Shown here piece by piece: positions 26,980-39,600 of a stretch of 64,000 bases of DNA. A program made the translations under genes and the position numbers. The notes beneath the pieces were generated by a model. That model saw nothing but the letters and a program-made list of their open reading frames with translations, searched no databases and had not been told where the DNA came from. Location of the stretch: positions 163,868,001 through 163,932,000 of the forward strand of contig NC_058368.1 in assembly GCF_018350175.1 (NCBI RefSeq), given 5' to 3'. The DNA is from Felis catus (lineage: Eukaryota). Numbering within the stretch: the first letter of the stretch is position 1; each line of letters opens with the position of its first letter.

Positions 26980-27207
26980 TTTTTTTAAAGTTTATTTATT
27001 GATTTTGAGAGAGAGAGCATGCACGTGCAAGCTTGCATGGACACAAGCGGGGGAGGGGCAGAGAGAGGGAGTGAGAGAATCCCAAGTAGGCTCCATGCAC
27101 TGCCAGTGCAGAGCCCTACACAGGGCTCAATCCCACAACTTCTGAATCCCTGACCTAAGCTGAAATCAAGAGTTGGACACCTAACTGACTGAGTCACCCA
27201 GGTGCCC
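26980..27207 (-). mobile_element. Carnivore SINE
   Basis: SINEC body ending gagtcacccaggtgcccc. Confidence 0.93.
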
Positions 27208-27234
27208 CAAGATCAACTTTAAAATAAACACACT

Positions 27235-27440
27235 GGGGCGCCTGGGTGGCTCAGTTGGTTAAGCCTCCGACTTCGGCTCAGGTCATGATCTTGTGGTCCG
27301 TGAGTTCGAGCCCTGCATGGGGCTCTGTGCTGACAGCCTGGAGCCTGTTTCAGATTCTGTGTCTCCCTCTCTATCTGACCCTCCCCCTGTTCATGCTCTG
27401 TCTCTCTCTATCTCAAAAGTAAATAAACGTTAAAAAAAAT
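27235..27440 (+). mobile_element. Felid SINE
   Basis: ggggcgcctgggtggctcagttggttaag ... aaataaacgttaaaaaaa. Confidence 0.95.
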
Positions 27441-27959
27441 AAAATAAATACATTGCTTGTCTTTTTCCCCACTAGATATCTCTTGCTCTGTACTTCCGTA
27501 AGAGGTACCTAAAATAATGGTAGTGACATAATTGATATATAATTGATACAAGTCCCACAAGCAGTCTGGGGTGGGGTGGTCTACAAATTCTACTTTACTT
27601 AAATGGCAGCAAATATTTCCCTCATTTGATGGTTAAACAGGGTATAGCTACAACAACATGGTCTAAACTGAGCTTGAACAAAATGACGAGTGGGAGAAGG
27701 TGTTCCTAATAAATTTATTCACAGGGAGGGTGCTTGCTTAGAACACCAGAAAGCAGGGGCACCAAAGTTTTAAAGATTAAAGATTTTGATATTTGATATT
27801 TCAAAAACTTCAGAGCAGTTATCACTGGGAAAATCAGAATATTGTTGGATTTCCTTACACATGGTGTAGAATTTTTAATTTCACAGAGACATCACAATCA
27901 TTCCAATGCTTTCCTACAATGATTTAATAATATTTGCATATTTCCTATCTCTAAAACAA

Positions 27960-29400
27960 GTATATCACACTTGTTTTTCTAACCTCCAATCCCTTCTCTT
28001 CTTCCCATGCTCTCCTTGAAGATCAGGACACATGATCAGAGGAAATAGAAGCCAACTGAAATTCTGCTTTCCAATACTAAAACTGCCAACTTCTTTGATT
28101 TGCATCTGATACTATCAAATCTCTCTTATGTGGAAGATGAAATGGGCCTAAGGACCATTTTCCTGCAGTCATTCCCCTCCTCTCTTGCAGTGGCCATTTC
28201 TGTCTTCTGTTACATCATTCTCGTGTCAGAGTACAGACATTCCCTCACCACTCCATCTATTGTCACATGCCTCTCTTCACCTTTACAGCAACACATCTTG
28301 AAGGAGTTGCCTGTATGTTCTGATTCTTCTTTCTCTCCTCACATCATTTCCCAAACCCACTCCAAGCAGTCTATTAAATTCCCACCCCGTTGGGATCACT
28401 CTTGTCCCAGTCACCAGTGACATCCATATTGCCAATGCCAGTAGTCACTTCTCTGTGGTCAGGTTATTCACACTTTTAGCAGAATTTGACACAATCTTTC
28501 TATTCTTCTTTACTCCTTTCTTTAGATTCCATGGTGCCACACTCTCCTGGTCCTTGTCTTGCTCCACTAACCATTCTCTCTTAGACACTTTTGCTGGGTC
28601 TTCCCTTGCTCAGTCTCTAATCTTTGGCATCCTCAGGGTTCTTTGTGCCTTTTCATGACCTCTCTCCCTAGGAAATCTCAACCATTTCACGGCTTTAAAA
28701 CTATCTATATAGATGATTCTAAAATTCATAGTTCTACCCCTAACTTATTCCCCAAAGTCCAAGCTTAAATATCCAACTGCCAAACTGACATATCTACTTA
28801 GGTGTCTAGTTGGAATCTCAAATTTTTCATGTTCCAGAATGACCTCTTGATGTTCTCTGCCTTCTCCAATTATTCCCCTGAATCCCAAATCTTTCCAATC
28901 TCAGCCAACAGCTTCACCATCTATCTAGCTCAAATCACGTACCTAGGTATCAACTTTGACTCTTCTCTTTAACTTACTTTCCTCATCAAAACCGTCAGCC
29001 AGTTTGCCCCACACTATTTTAAGTATCTTATCCTTAGTATGTCCATTTATTTTCTTCTCCTTGCTACCACCCAAGTCAAAACCTCCCTCTTTCTCTCTTT
29101 CTATATGTGTATATCTATGTGTGTAAGTGTATACGTGTGAGTATATATACATATATATGTAGTCCATATTTTAAAAATATATATTTATATATATTCATAA
29201 GTATGTACATATTATATATATATTTAAAATCTGGACCAATGCAATATCTTTCTAACTGCTTTTCTTCCATATTTATATCCTTTGATTATTCATATAGCAT
29301 GCAGTTTTTTTAAGTATATAAATTAAATCATGTCATCCCCTGTTTAAAATTCTCTAATGGCCTCTCCTTCTACTTTGGAAAAATTCTAAGCACTTTAGTC
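27960..29400 (+). mobile_element. L2 (LINE2) ORF2/3' remnant
   Basis: Typical L2 text (catggtgccacactctcctgg, atatccaactgccaaactgacatatctacttagg, aatcatgtcatcccctgtttaaaa). Confidence 0.75.
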
Positions 29401-30000
29401 TTTTTTTTTTTAACACATATGCACAAAGTACAATTTTATTCACAAGTAAAATATACCACCACTAGACCTTGGGATGTATATTTAGGTATCCGTTCCACTA
29501 TAGATTTCTTGGATTTATATTTTTCATAAATGTTTATTTGTTCTGTGCAAAATTGGTACTAAAGCTCAGAAAAGTTACTGTGATTGCTGTTATATATCAG
29601 CTGAATCCTATCACATTTGAGACCTTTATATTGGATTATATAGATCTTTTTTATAACTGGGCTTTGACTTATTACTATAATTCACAGAATAAGGAGGAAA
29701 AATATAAACAGGAAATGCTAACAATATCTTTCTACTGCAAAATTACATAGTGACACCATTATTCTGAGGAAACTATTAGATGGTAAAGATTTCTTTTAAA
29801 GGTATTGCTAGAAAATTTACTGATGGCACTTTTCTGACAAATTACTTAAAAATTCTCTATAAGCTGAAATGTTTTCCTTGGAACATTCAAAAGCAATCAT
29901 CTAACACTAGTAAAAAGAGAAAGAGTCATAAAAGGGTAGATAATGATCACTATTAAAATTCTAGAAGGAGACTAAATATGTCAATGATACTTCAATTAAA
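29401..30000 (-). pseudogene. Possible retrocopied mRNA 3'-UTR fragment (right boundary unknown)
   Basis: T11 at 29401-29411 truncates the L2. AATAAA on the minus strand (tttatt 29435-29440) lies 23 nt from the tail. The adjacent sequence is unique-looking, not SINE or L1. No TSD found. Confidence 0.45.
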
Positions 30001-30250
30001 AAAAAGAAAGAAAAAAGACAGAAATTCAGATGTTTAAATACTTCTAGGGTAGCATACTCTCTCTCTTTAATGTCTTTAACACCAATTGGTTTGAGTTTTC
30101 TGTAGAATTTGAAAGAAATCTTAGTGTATTTCTCATGGCTTTACGTCCTGGATTTTAACACAAATTCTATGTTTTCTGTACTAAATGTTTAAAGAAAATT
30201 TATACATGTAAAACATACTATGGAAAGTTCAAGTTTAAAAATATTCAGAG

Positions 30251-30409
30251 AGGGGTACCTGGGTGGTCTCAGTGGGTTGCACATGGGACTCTTGATTTTG
30301 GCTCAGATCATGATCTCACAGCTGAGTCAGGCTCCTCACTCTCAGCAGGGAGCCTGCTTAAGATCCTTTCTCTCCTATCTCTCTGCCCCTCCCACTGCTT
30401 GTATGCTCA

Positions 30410-30458
<49 letters not shown>

Positions 30459-30480
30459 AATAAACATTTAAAAAATTAAA
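30251..30480 (+). mobile_element. Carnivore SINE with long (CT)n
   Basis: ggggtacctgggtggtctcag..., (CT)n at ~30413-30457, then aaataaacatt. Confidence 0.9.
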
Positions 30481-30579
30481 AAATATATGACAATATTGAG
30501 AGAAAATAAAATTCTAAAATGTCCATTTATTCTTGGAAGTGTACAAACCTGTCTTCTGTCATTCCTGATTTTGATTTTG

Positions 30580-30600
30580 AAAAGGTTTCTTTTTTATTTA

Positions 30601-30644
<44 letters not shown>

Positions 30645-30815
30645 CGCACGTGAGAGTGAGCAGGGTAGGAGGCAGAGAGAAAGAATCCTAGGCAGGCTCC
30701 ACCCTCATTGTTCAGTGAAGAGTCCAATGTGGGGCTTGATCCCATCACCTTGGGATCACAACTTGAGCTGAAATCTAGAGTCTGAAGCTCAACCAAATGA
30801 GCCACCATGTGCTCC
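30580..30815 (-). mobile_element. Carnivore SINE
   Basis: (GA)n plus SINEC body; flanked by similar ctgtcattcctgattttga / ctgtcatccctgattttga (TSD). Confidence 0.9.
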
Positions 30816-32182
30816 TGTCATCCCTGATTTTGAATGGCATGAATTTTAAACTATATCCTTTCGTCATTAATTTTTAAAAATTGCATAAGGCATAAGAATT
30901 ATGTTGGAAAACAGCTGTTTCAGTATTGAGCATATAGCACTTCAAATTCGCACTCAAATTCCATAGAGCTGCAAGGATGAACCTTTGTAAACCTGGTTGC
31001 CAGGTAGTAATTGTTAATGAATAGTTTGCTAGCGTCTTGAAACTAAACTGCTTTAGTTATGATCATTTAAGGTAGTCTCAGTGCTATTGTAAATTGTTCA
31101 CGCTTTTACTTCTTCCCCTGTGTTGAAAACATTGAAGAGTACATCTGTTTTTATCTATATTTGTATCCATACCTATAGATACAATATTGGAATCCATTAG
31201 GTTAAAATATTAAAATAGAAACATCCAAACATCACGTCCAGTGAAAGTAACTTTTCCTTTCCCCAAGTGCACAGTAAGTAAGTTGTTGAAGTTCACAGGT
31301 AGTATTCATGATCTTGGTGATCACTGGACATAATCTGCTAAGGTTTTGAGTCCAGTAGACATAAAAGAACCTCTTTACTAAAATAATTATCTTTAAACAT
31401 AAGCTTTGTTGGAATGCCATCACTTTATTTGGCCCATAATTGATCAAATATAACTTAGAGGATGAGGGTAATGCTTGGAGAGCAGGAAGCACATGCTATG
31501 TGAGGTTAAATTAGAATCTCTGCAGAAATGAAATTCAGATAGAAAAGAGCATTGTGCAGTGTGGAATTTGTTATTGTTAATATTACTATTATTAATGTTT
31601 TAAAAAATGGGTAAGGAAAAATTTATATTAGTGAACCAAAAGGAAATTGAGCTCAGTATTTAATAAAGTTTGATAAATAAGGTAATACCAGTAAAGGAAG
31701 GGAAAGATGAACTAAAGATGAAGATCCCTTACAGTTCCAGAAGTGTCTGCCCTTTGTTTCAAGACAGATAGCTGGGAGATCATCTATCCAATGCCCTCAT
31801 ATCTCATCAGAGGAAACAGAGATGTAGCAAATTGCCCAAGGAAACATAGTGCTGAGATGCTGCCTCTCTTCCTTTACCACTGTGGAAAGACTCTGAAAGT
31901 GAAAATTTTTTTTTACTTAAGATTTTTGCAAGATGTTTATTGCTTTACTGTGTTAAATGTAGAGGCTTTTTTTGAAACGCTTCAGGAACTATCCCTTTCC
32001 CTGCTCGCTTTCTTATAAAATGAAAGGAGTTACATTATAATTGGGAAAGCCCAGTGTACTTCCCACGGAGGTAGCATTAATAATTTGGCACTCTGTGCCA
32101 AATAATTTGGCTCAAGCTTCTAAGCTGGACTTAATGTGAAAATGTAAATATAATGTAAACTTCAAGGAGTTTACAGTGTAGC

Positions 32183-32360
32183 AGAGGGATTCTCAAACTT
32201 GAGAATGCTGAAAATATCACTGCATAACTTGCTAAAAATGTAGATTTGGGGCCTCACTTTGGAGATTCACATTCTGAGTGAGGGCACAGGAATATGCATT
32301 TTTAGTAAGCAGCCACTCTTCAGTCCCTTGCAACAAGTCATTCTGATGCAGAAACCCTGT
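32183..32360. mobile_element. hAT-Charlie MER5A-like remnant
   Basis: gattctcaaacttgag...ggaatatgcatttttagtaagc...ttctgatgca. Confidence 0.6.
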
Positions 32361-32569
32361 TGAAACAGATAAAACTGGATAGGTGGAATGGAACCTCATT
32401 CAGAAAATCTTTAATGGCCTTAAGATTTTAAAGTAGAGCAGTCCTGAGGAAACTTGCAATGAATTCTCATTTCACTTCATTCCACCTCATTTTCCTCCTC
32501 TCCCAGTTGGTACATAGTAAGGTTAAAATTTTTTATTGTTTTGCTTTAAGTACAGATTGTTCTTCCTTT

Positions 32570-32821
32570 TTTAAATTTATTTTTATTTTTTATATGAAAT
32601 TTATTGTCCAATTTATTGTCCACAACACCTAGTGCTCATCCCAACAGGTGCCCTCCTCAGTACCCATCACCCCCCCCCCCCCCGCCTCCCACCCCCATCA
32701 ACCCTCAGCTTGTTCTCAGTTTGTAAGAGTCTCTTAGGGTTTGGCTCTCTCCCTCTCTAACTTTTTTTTTTTCCTTCCCTTCCCCCATGGTCTTCTGTCA
32801 AGTTTCTTAGGATCCACATAA
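32570..32821 (-). mobile_element. Felid L1 3' end, 5'-truncated
   Basis: Antisense L1 3' UTR with C-rich tract; flanked by agattgttcttcc / agattgtttttct. Confidence 0.9.
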
Positions 32822-33059
32822 GATTGTTTTTCTTTCTATATCAGCAAGCTTCTAGGGAGAAAACTCCTTGAGAGATCGCTTGTTATTTTTTGCTCAGCCC
32901 CATGTAAAGAGGCTCTACCAAAATTGTATCCTAAATCAGACTTCGGGGGGTAACTCTTCAATATCCTTCTTTCATCTCTGTGCTAACCATAGTGATAAAA
33001 ATCTAGCAAGTCAGATTAGCAGGCCAGGGCCACTAGTGTGAGGAGATGTCACATTATAT

Positions 33060-33275
33060 ATTTTTTTATTTTTTATTTTTTTGACGTTTATTTTTGAGAG
33101 AGACAGAGCATGAATGGGGGAGGAGCAGAGAGGGAGGGAGACACAGAATCCAAAGCAGGCTCCAGGCTCTGAGCTGTCAGCACAGAGCCCGACGTGGGGC
33201 TCAAACCCATAAGCCGTGAGATCATGACCTGACCCGAAGCCAGACACCCAACCAACTGAGCCACCCAGGCGCCCA
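33060..33275 (-). mobile_element. Felid SINE
   Basis: SINEC body; flanked by gtcacatt repeats. Confidence 0.94.
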
Positions 33276-36200
33276 GTCACATTGTATTTTTGATTGCTTA
33301 TTTCCCATGTTCACATTTGGCTTCTCAAGAGTTGAAGTGTTTCTGTATTTTGGGTTTGACTTTGCTTCTAGAACTAAAATGGTTGGCAAGTACATGGGGC
33401 ATTACAGTGTCATGGAAGTTTCAGAAGGAAGGTAGTTGGCCGGGAGAATGAGGTACCCAGCCCTTGATCTTCCTATTTATAATGGTGTATACATCAGCTC
33501 ATTTCCATAGAACTCCAGTATTTGTTGAGCATGGCTTTTTATGAAGCATCTCTAGTGGGACTATCTTCTTCCTCTGAATCAGCCCCCTGGCTGCTCCACA
33601 GTTAACCTGACTTGAGCCAACAGAAATTTAGAGGAAATTTAACTTTGGAACCAGCAAAGGTAGATAGAACAGCCCAATATGTATAGCTTTAGATTATCCT
33701 AGTCTCCTGAAGAACCATTAGAGATATGGGCTGAAATATAAGTTCCACAAGGGCAAACAACTTATCTGTTTTATACTTTGATGTATTCCTGTTCCATATA
33801 TGTGGAAAAACACAGTAGTTGATAACATTTTTTGGGTGAATGAAACTTGTTCATTATTCCCTGACTTCGGTCACTTGTGTACTACCTTCATGATTCTTAC
33901 TATTCCTATGAAATATCCATGCTATTTGCTTAGTAGTTTCTCGATTCATTAAAATTTACTTTAGTTTCATGTTAGACAATAATTCATGTGAAATTCTGGG
34001 TTGTAGCTAAACATTAAAAAAAAACACTAAAAAAAATGTTGTACCACCCCAAGCCATTTTGTATACCAGCAGTGGTATGTGTCTCTTATTTGACAAGATA
34101 CAGTCATACTCTATGTGTTATTATCATGACATTACTAAACTAGAAATCAGTTTTGTATTTTGCTTTGCTTCACTTCCTTTTTGGCTTTTGAATGATTATC
34201 AGAGTACAAGTTTTGCTAATCTCATGTACAGAATGATGCATGAATTAAATATCACTGTATGAAGAGGAATCACCCTATTCAACTATAGTTAGAACTCTAT
34301 CTACTCGAAATTTTTTTAATCGCTAGGTATGAGAAATCTGTAATTATGGTTTTCCTCTACTTTGACCTTGACCAGCACAGGGACTTTCAGAATCTCTCTT
34401 GAGAATCCTATTTCCATTCTCTCAGTCCTAAGTGACAGTTCACATTATTCCTCTTCCACTAATTATACTGTCTGCAACTAGACAAGAGGTGGCAACTTTA
34501 TTGCAACATTTACATATTTCAAATAATAAAAAGGTTACCAAACAGGTATATTTCTATTAGATGAAGAAAGAGGAAAAATAAAGCATATATGTACACTTAC
34601 ATATATCATTAGATACCTTGTTAAAAGTTAGCAAAGGATAGGCTCAAAAGGATAATTGAATGGATCTCAGAGACTACTTTTTTCCTGCTTAAGGCTTTCC
34701 CTACCTATTAATTAAATGAAGAATGCCTTTGAGTTTTCTAAGGGTGAATGCTGTCTCCTCTTTTCACTTATTTAAGGGAAGCCATACTACTTCATGATGT
34801 TACAGAAGAGCTATGCTTCTCTGAAGGCTTAATAATTGCTGAAATCCAACTCTTGATGGGTTTAAATAACATCCTCTTAATTTTGAAGCATTCAACCCTC
34901 AACCTCAGTTTGAAGCAGTGTTTGAATATACCGTGTCTTGATCTTTATACAGAAACCTCTGTGTGTAGTTTCCCCCAAACATGAAATCCCTGTGATTTTT
35001 TTCAATGAGATGTCTTATCCCTCAGGGGCAGATCTCATCAGTTCTGCTGACAACAGAGGTTTTGATTGCTCTAAACAGAAAATGTGTAACATCTTCATTC
35101 CTTTTCAGCACAGAACCAAGAAAAACCAGTATGTAACCACACTGCTAAATTGTAAAGAGTGAGAAAATGCTGAAATAAATATTTAAACACTGAAAATTCT
35201 TCTTCCTGCCCCCCAAGCTAACCTGTGTTTTGCTAATAGTAGCCTAAAAAATGGCCGTTGGTTAATTTCTACTTCCAGTCATTCAGAAGGAAGTAATGAA
35301 TATATTCTTTCAAATCTTTCAATGGAAATGTTATCATCATCAGCTACTTATAAGAGCCAACTTTTTATTTTTATTAGTGTACTTTGGGCATTTTTAAACC
35401 TCATTGGTTAGATTTCATAATTCATGGTAACTTGAATTACCTTAAAATTACTGTTACATCAGAAAAAATAATTTTATGATAATATTAATGTAAACAGGTA
35501 TAAGGGTCACAAAGGGGCTTCAGTAAAAAAATTTAGAGGAGACATCATCTTCAGTCATTTCAGAATCATGATTTTAAAACATTTTCTATGCTCGTTTCAC
35601 TAATTCACTGAAGTAAATTTCTGTGGCTTAGTCCAATCCAATGCATGTTTTTTAAAGCAACAAAAATGCCTTTATTTTAAATGTTCTATGCTTGATATTT
35701 TCTGTTGACCTTTCTTTTATATAGCTTGAGCTACTATGCTCTAGTGTGCCCACTGTCCTAAAAATGTGTGTAAACTGCACTCTGGCCAATGAGGAGGGAA
35801 TGAGAAATTATGCTTAGAATTAATTTGCCAGGTTAATTTAATCACTTTATTATTAGGTTTACCTTGGGCAGATAATCAGTGCTAACATTCCCTCCCATCT
35901 CTCAAGTTCACTGAGCTCTGGGCAGTCTCATGAGATAAGAATAACAGATCAGTGCATTTTGTGTAATGAGCGCGTATCTTCACAAGTCAGCACATTCAGA
36001 ATTTTCATTCTGCTTTTTGCAAAAATGATCAGGAACCAATCTATGAAAAAGCCATCATAACTCAGAGAGTTGAGAATTTGGCTCATCATAGTTAAATTCC
36101 TGGTATGTCATTTTAAAGACCTTTTTGGATTTTTTTTTTTTTTTTGCCCTGAAGACACCAGTAGTATTTTATAAGCATAGTAATTCTAATTTCATCACAT

Positions 36201-37301
36201 GGTTACTACAGATTTCTTTGAGAAGTTAAATGACTTCACACAGAATTTTTTAAAGAAGTGAATTAATTTCTAGCCACAGAAAGAATATGTGGGCAAACAA
36301 AAAATAGACAATATTTATTTTTCAGTTTACTTTCCAAAAAAGGGTTTTAGGATACTTACTCAACATTATGGTAATCTGACATTAGAAGAAAATAACTAAT
36401 GTTTAAATGCTGGGATAAGAAAAAGAGGTTGAAAACCATTTAGTGTTTAAATTCTAAGTGAGACTGAAGAAGGTAAGGACTGGCTGAACTCTTGATGGTG
36501 AGAGAAATCTTTGTAAATATATATTGCCATCAAAATCTTGGAACACAGTTAAAGATCAACTGACAGTGAAATTGCAAATACATGATTCTGCAAACTTTGA
36601 TTTGGGATTACTTACACAAAAGGCATCAGCCATGATAAACTTTGCCTATGAAATGGTCTAAATCTCAGAGTAATTGCAGTTGTTCATAGAAAAAATATTA
36701 CTCCTTAATGTCTTCTTTCATGAGGTCAGATCATGATGTTTTGGGTGATCAATATATTTCAAAGAATTAAATATAAACATTTATATAGGTGAAATTATAA
36801 AATTAAGGAAGAAAATGCTACTAACTAAATCAGATGAGAAAATCATTCTGGTGATTAGCAAATTCAATGCTGCAATGGAAACAAAGCAGAATTATAGGAA
36901 TTCAAAACAAGGGCTATTGCTTTGAAATGCAACTGACCTTCCCTGAATTCAGAATGAATTTCAATTATGCTTAGAAGCCTAGCTTGTCAGTTGCATTTTC
37001 CTTGCTTTCCAAATGCACAATTTATTTCAAATAACCAAATTAGGATATGGATGGTAGCTATTCAAATGTGCATATGATGTCTTTCTTAGCATAAATAAAA
37101 GAGGCCTAAACACATTGACTATTTAGAATTTTTTTTCCCATCCATCCTTTTTCTGTATCCATCATATTCGGTAACACAGCAAGTTACAAACAGCTGTTGG
37201 ATTTTTTTTTTTTTGTAACTGGAAAGAAATATGTTGTTAAATTGTCTTCACACATAACATTCACATAATTTTCCCTTTGCTCTCATCCTTTGCTAAGCAA
37301 C

Positions 37302-37604
37302 TAATCTAGGACAGCAAGGATTAAAATAGAGGATACTTCATTCAAAACAGCAAAAGAAAAAAAAAGTAAAAACTAAAAAGAACATATAATCAACTCACCT
37401 GGGTAAAGCCTTCATAAATTCCACAGCTCTAAAGGAGACATAGATAAAATGCAAATATGTATTTTGAAAAGCAAGAAAATGAAGTCAAGATTTGAGTACT
37501 TCCTCTTGTTCTACTTGGGGTTTATCTGGGTTGTCTAAATCCAAAATCTGATTAGCATACTTAATCTTATGCAGTGTCAGGAATGATCTACCATCCTTTA
37601 ATCA
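37302..37604. promoter_or_regulatory. Cluster of six TAATC[A/C/T] (CRX/OTX-type homeodomain) sites; candidate PDZPH1 promoter or enhancer
   Basis: taatct 37302, ggatta 37318, taatca 37387, tgatta 37549, taatct 37562, taatca 37599. Function is inferred. Confidence 0.45.
37399..37428 (-). CDS. PDZPH1: Tentative first or 5' exon of the PDZPH1-like gene; ATG at 37415 gives MKALP(R)
   Basis: Perfect donor CCAG|gtgagt (GT at 37398-37397) and acceptor-like tgtctcctttAG at 37430-37429. ATG AAG GCT TTA CCC AG ends in phase 2 and joins the 24807 exon in frame (MKALPRTVKAED...). Confidence 0.5.
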
Positions 37605-38365
37605 GTCTATTATTATCTGTCTTAACCATTCCCAACAGTCTGTTTATTTTCAAGTATACCTTCAAGTGAACAATGAAGTACTAATGTGTGCTTTTGTGGC
37701 TTAGTAGTTTGGATAGGGGTGCTATGAAACAAAACTATGATGTTCATGTGGTGCAAATGGAGTGGAAGAAACCCCCCACCCCCATCACAAATGAAAACTT
37801 GATCTAGTTTGACTCTATGCTGGTGGCGTTAATTATAAGGTAATTGGTTTACCTTTGTGAGGTAGATACAGGGGCAGAAGCAGTATGGTGTATGGTATGG
37901 GGTATATGGTATGGCAGAGGTTGTAGACTTTGCTTAGGAAGATTTAAATTTGAGTCACATTTCCATATCTTATGTTGACTTTGAGGATCATTTGACTTCT
38001 CTTAGATTCAATGTGCTCATTTGTAAAACTGGGATAAATAATATAGGCCCTGATTTAGAATTTTGAAATCCTATGAAATATGTAAATGAAAACATAGTTT
38101 GGAGATAGTTTACAATCTTTAAATAAATGAGACATTTCTATTAACATAGTTGTAAAATGGTATTGCTTATAATTATTCAGGTGATTCTTATGTTATTAAC
38201 ACCTAATAAAAATTTAGAAAGTTTTTCTTGGCTTTTTGTAAACACATAAATGACGGTATATATAAGAGGCTGGAAGAAAGGGAAGTGATCAGAGTTGAAA
38301 CTCCAGGGATAAATTGCTATGCCAAAGAAATTGCACTGGAAAATTTGTCCAAATGGGAGTCTTTT

Positions 38366-38582
38366 AAAAAAAAATTGTTTTTAATGTTTATTTTTGAGAG
38401 AGACAGAGACAGAGCATGAGCAGGGGGATGGGGCAGAGACAGAGGGAGACACAGAATCCCAAGCAGGCTCTAGGTTCTGAGCTGTCAGCACAGAGCCCAA
38501 CAGGGGGCTTGAATTCACCAATGGTGAGATCATGACCTGAGCCCAAGTCGGACATTTAACCAACTGAGCCACCCACGTGCTC
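38366..38582 (-). mobile_element. Felid SINE
   Basis: 18-bp TSD tccaaatgggagtctttt at 38348-38365 and 38581-38598. Confidence 0.96.
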
Positions 38583-38939
38583 CAAATGGGAGTCTTTTTG
38601 AGGAATTTAACAAGATCGCTTCGGCTGCAATGTGAAGAATGGATTGGGGGTGAAACCTGAAATAAGAAGACTAATTTAAGAACCTGATGTAGAAAGCAGG
38701 TAAGTAGCCTGAATTTGGATTGGTGGCAACGGACAGACAGACATACTGATTCATGAAATACTAAGATTCAATAAGTACTTAGAAGCAAAGATACACTCAA
38801 GAAGTATTAAGAAGTAAAAGGGATAGGATTTGGAGATTGCCTGGCTGTGGGGTGGGGTAGGAATAAAGTAGACAAAGTAAGCACAATACCCCAAAGTTCC
38901 ATATTGGAAATTACAAAATTATTAAAATAGGGAAATAGA

Positions 38940-39110
38940 GGGGAAACTCGTTGGCTCAGTTGGTTAAGTGGCTGATTCATGATTCTGGCTCAGGTCAATG
39001 ATCCCGGGGTCAAGCCCCATATCGGGCTCTGTGCTGACAGCATGGAGTCTCTCTGCTTGGGATTTTCTCTCTCCTTCTCTCTCTGCCCCTTCCCTGCTCC
39101 TTCTGCTCTT
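38940..39110 (+). mobile_element. Carnivore SINE lacking its tail, within L2-like sequence
   Basis: ttggctcagttggttaag...ctctgtgctgacagcatggag. Confidence 0.85.
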
Positions 39111-39379
39111 TCTAGAGGCAGGAATGTACTTGGGATAAAAGATAATTTAATTGTACACATGTACTATTTGGGAGGCACTGAGATGTCCAAGCAGGTATGT
39201 CTAGTAGACACTTGGAGATAGAAATCTGAGAATTAAGTAAGTAGTCTTGCAGAAATGGCCAGAGTAACGAGAATATAAGGCCCCACCAGAAAAATGACCA
39301 AAACTTAAGGGATTGAATGAGAAATCTGAGACTGGAAGTTCTTTTCTCAATGAAGCATTAAGAAAATTCTGTAAGATAG

Positions 39380-39600
39380 TCTGTTAAGTGGAAAGATGAA
39401 AGGATTTGGAATGAAATACTTGGGTTCAAATTTTGGCTCTCCTATTTATTAACAATGGGACTCTGAGAAAGTTAATGCTTCTTAGCCATCTGTAAAATGG
39501 GGATAATGATAGTGACATTCATTTCATAAGGTTTTTTAAGGATAAAATGAAATAATAACTGTCAACATTTTATAAAGTCCTGTGTAAAAAGTATTATGAG
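39380..39600 (+). mobile_element. MIR remnant
   Basis: tgggttcaaattttggctctcctattta...catctgtaaaatggggataat. Confidence 0.7.

Noticed and set aside
31232..31492. 86-aa minus-strand ORF as an additional PDZPH1 exon
   Set aside because: A phase-2 donor is possible (GAC|gtgatg) but weak, and the only phase-matched acceptor lacks a pyrimidine tract. It may instead belong to the putative retrocopy.
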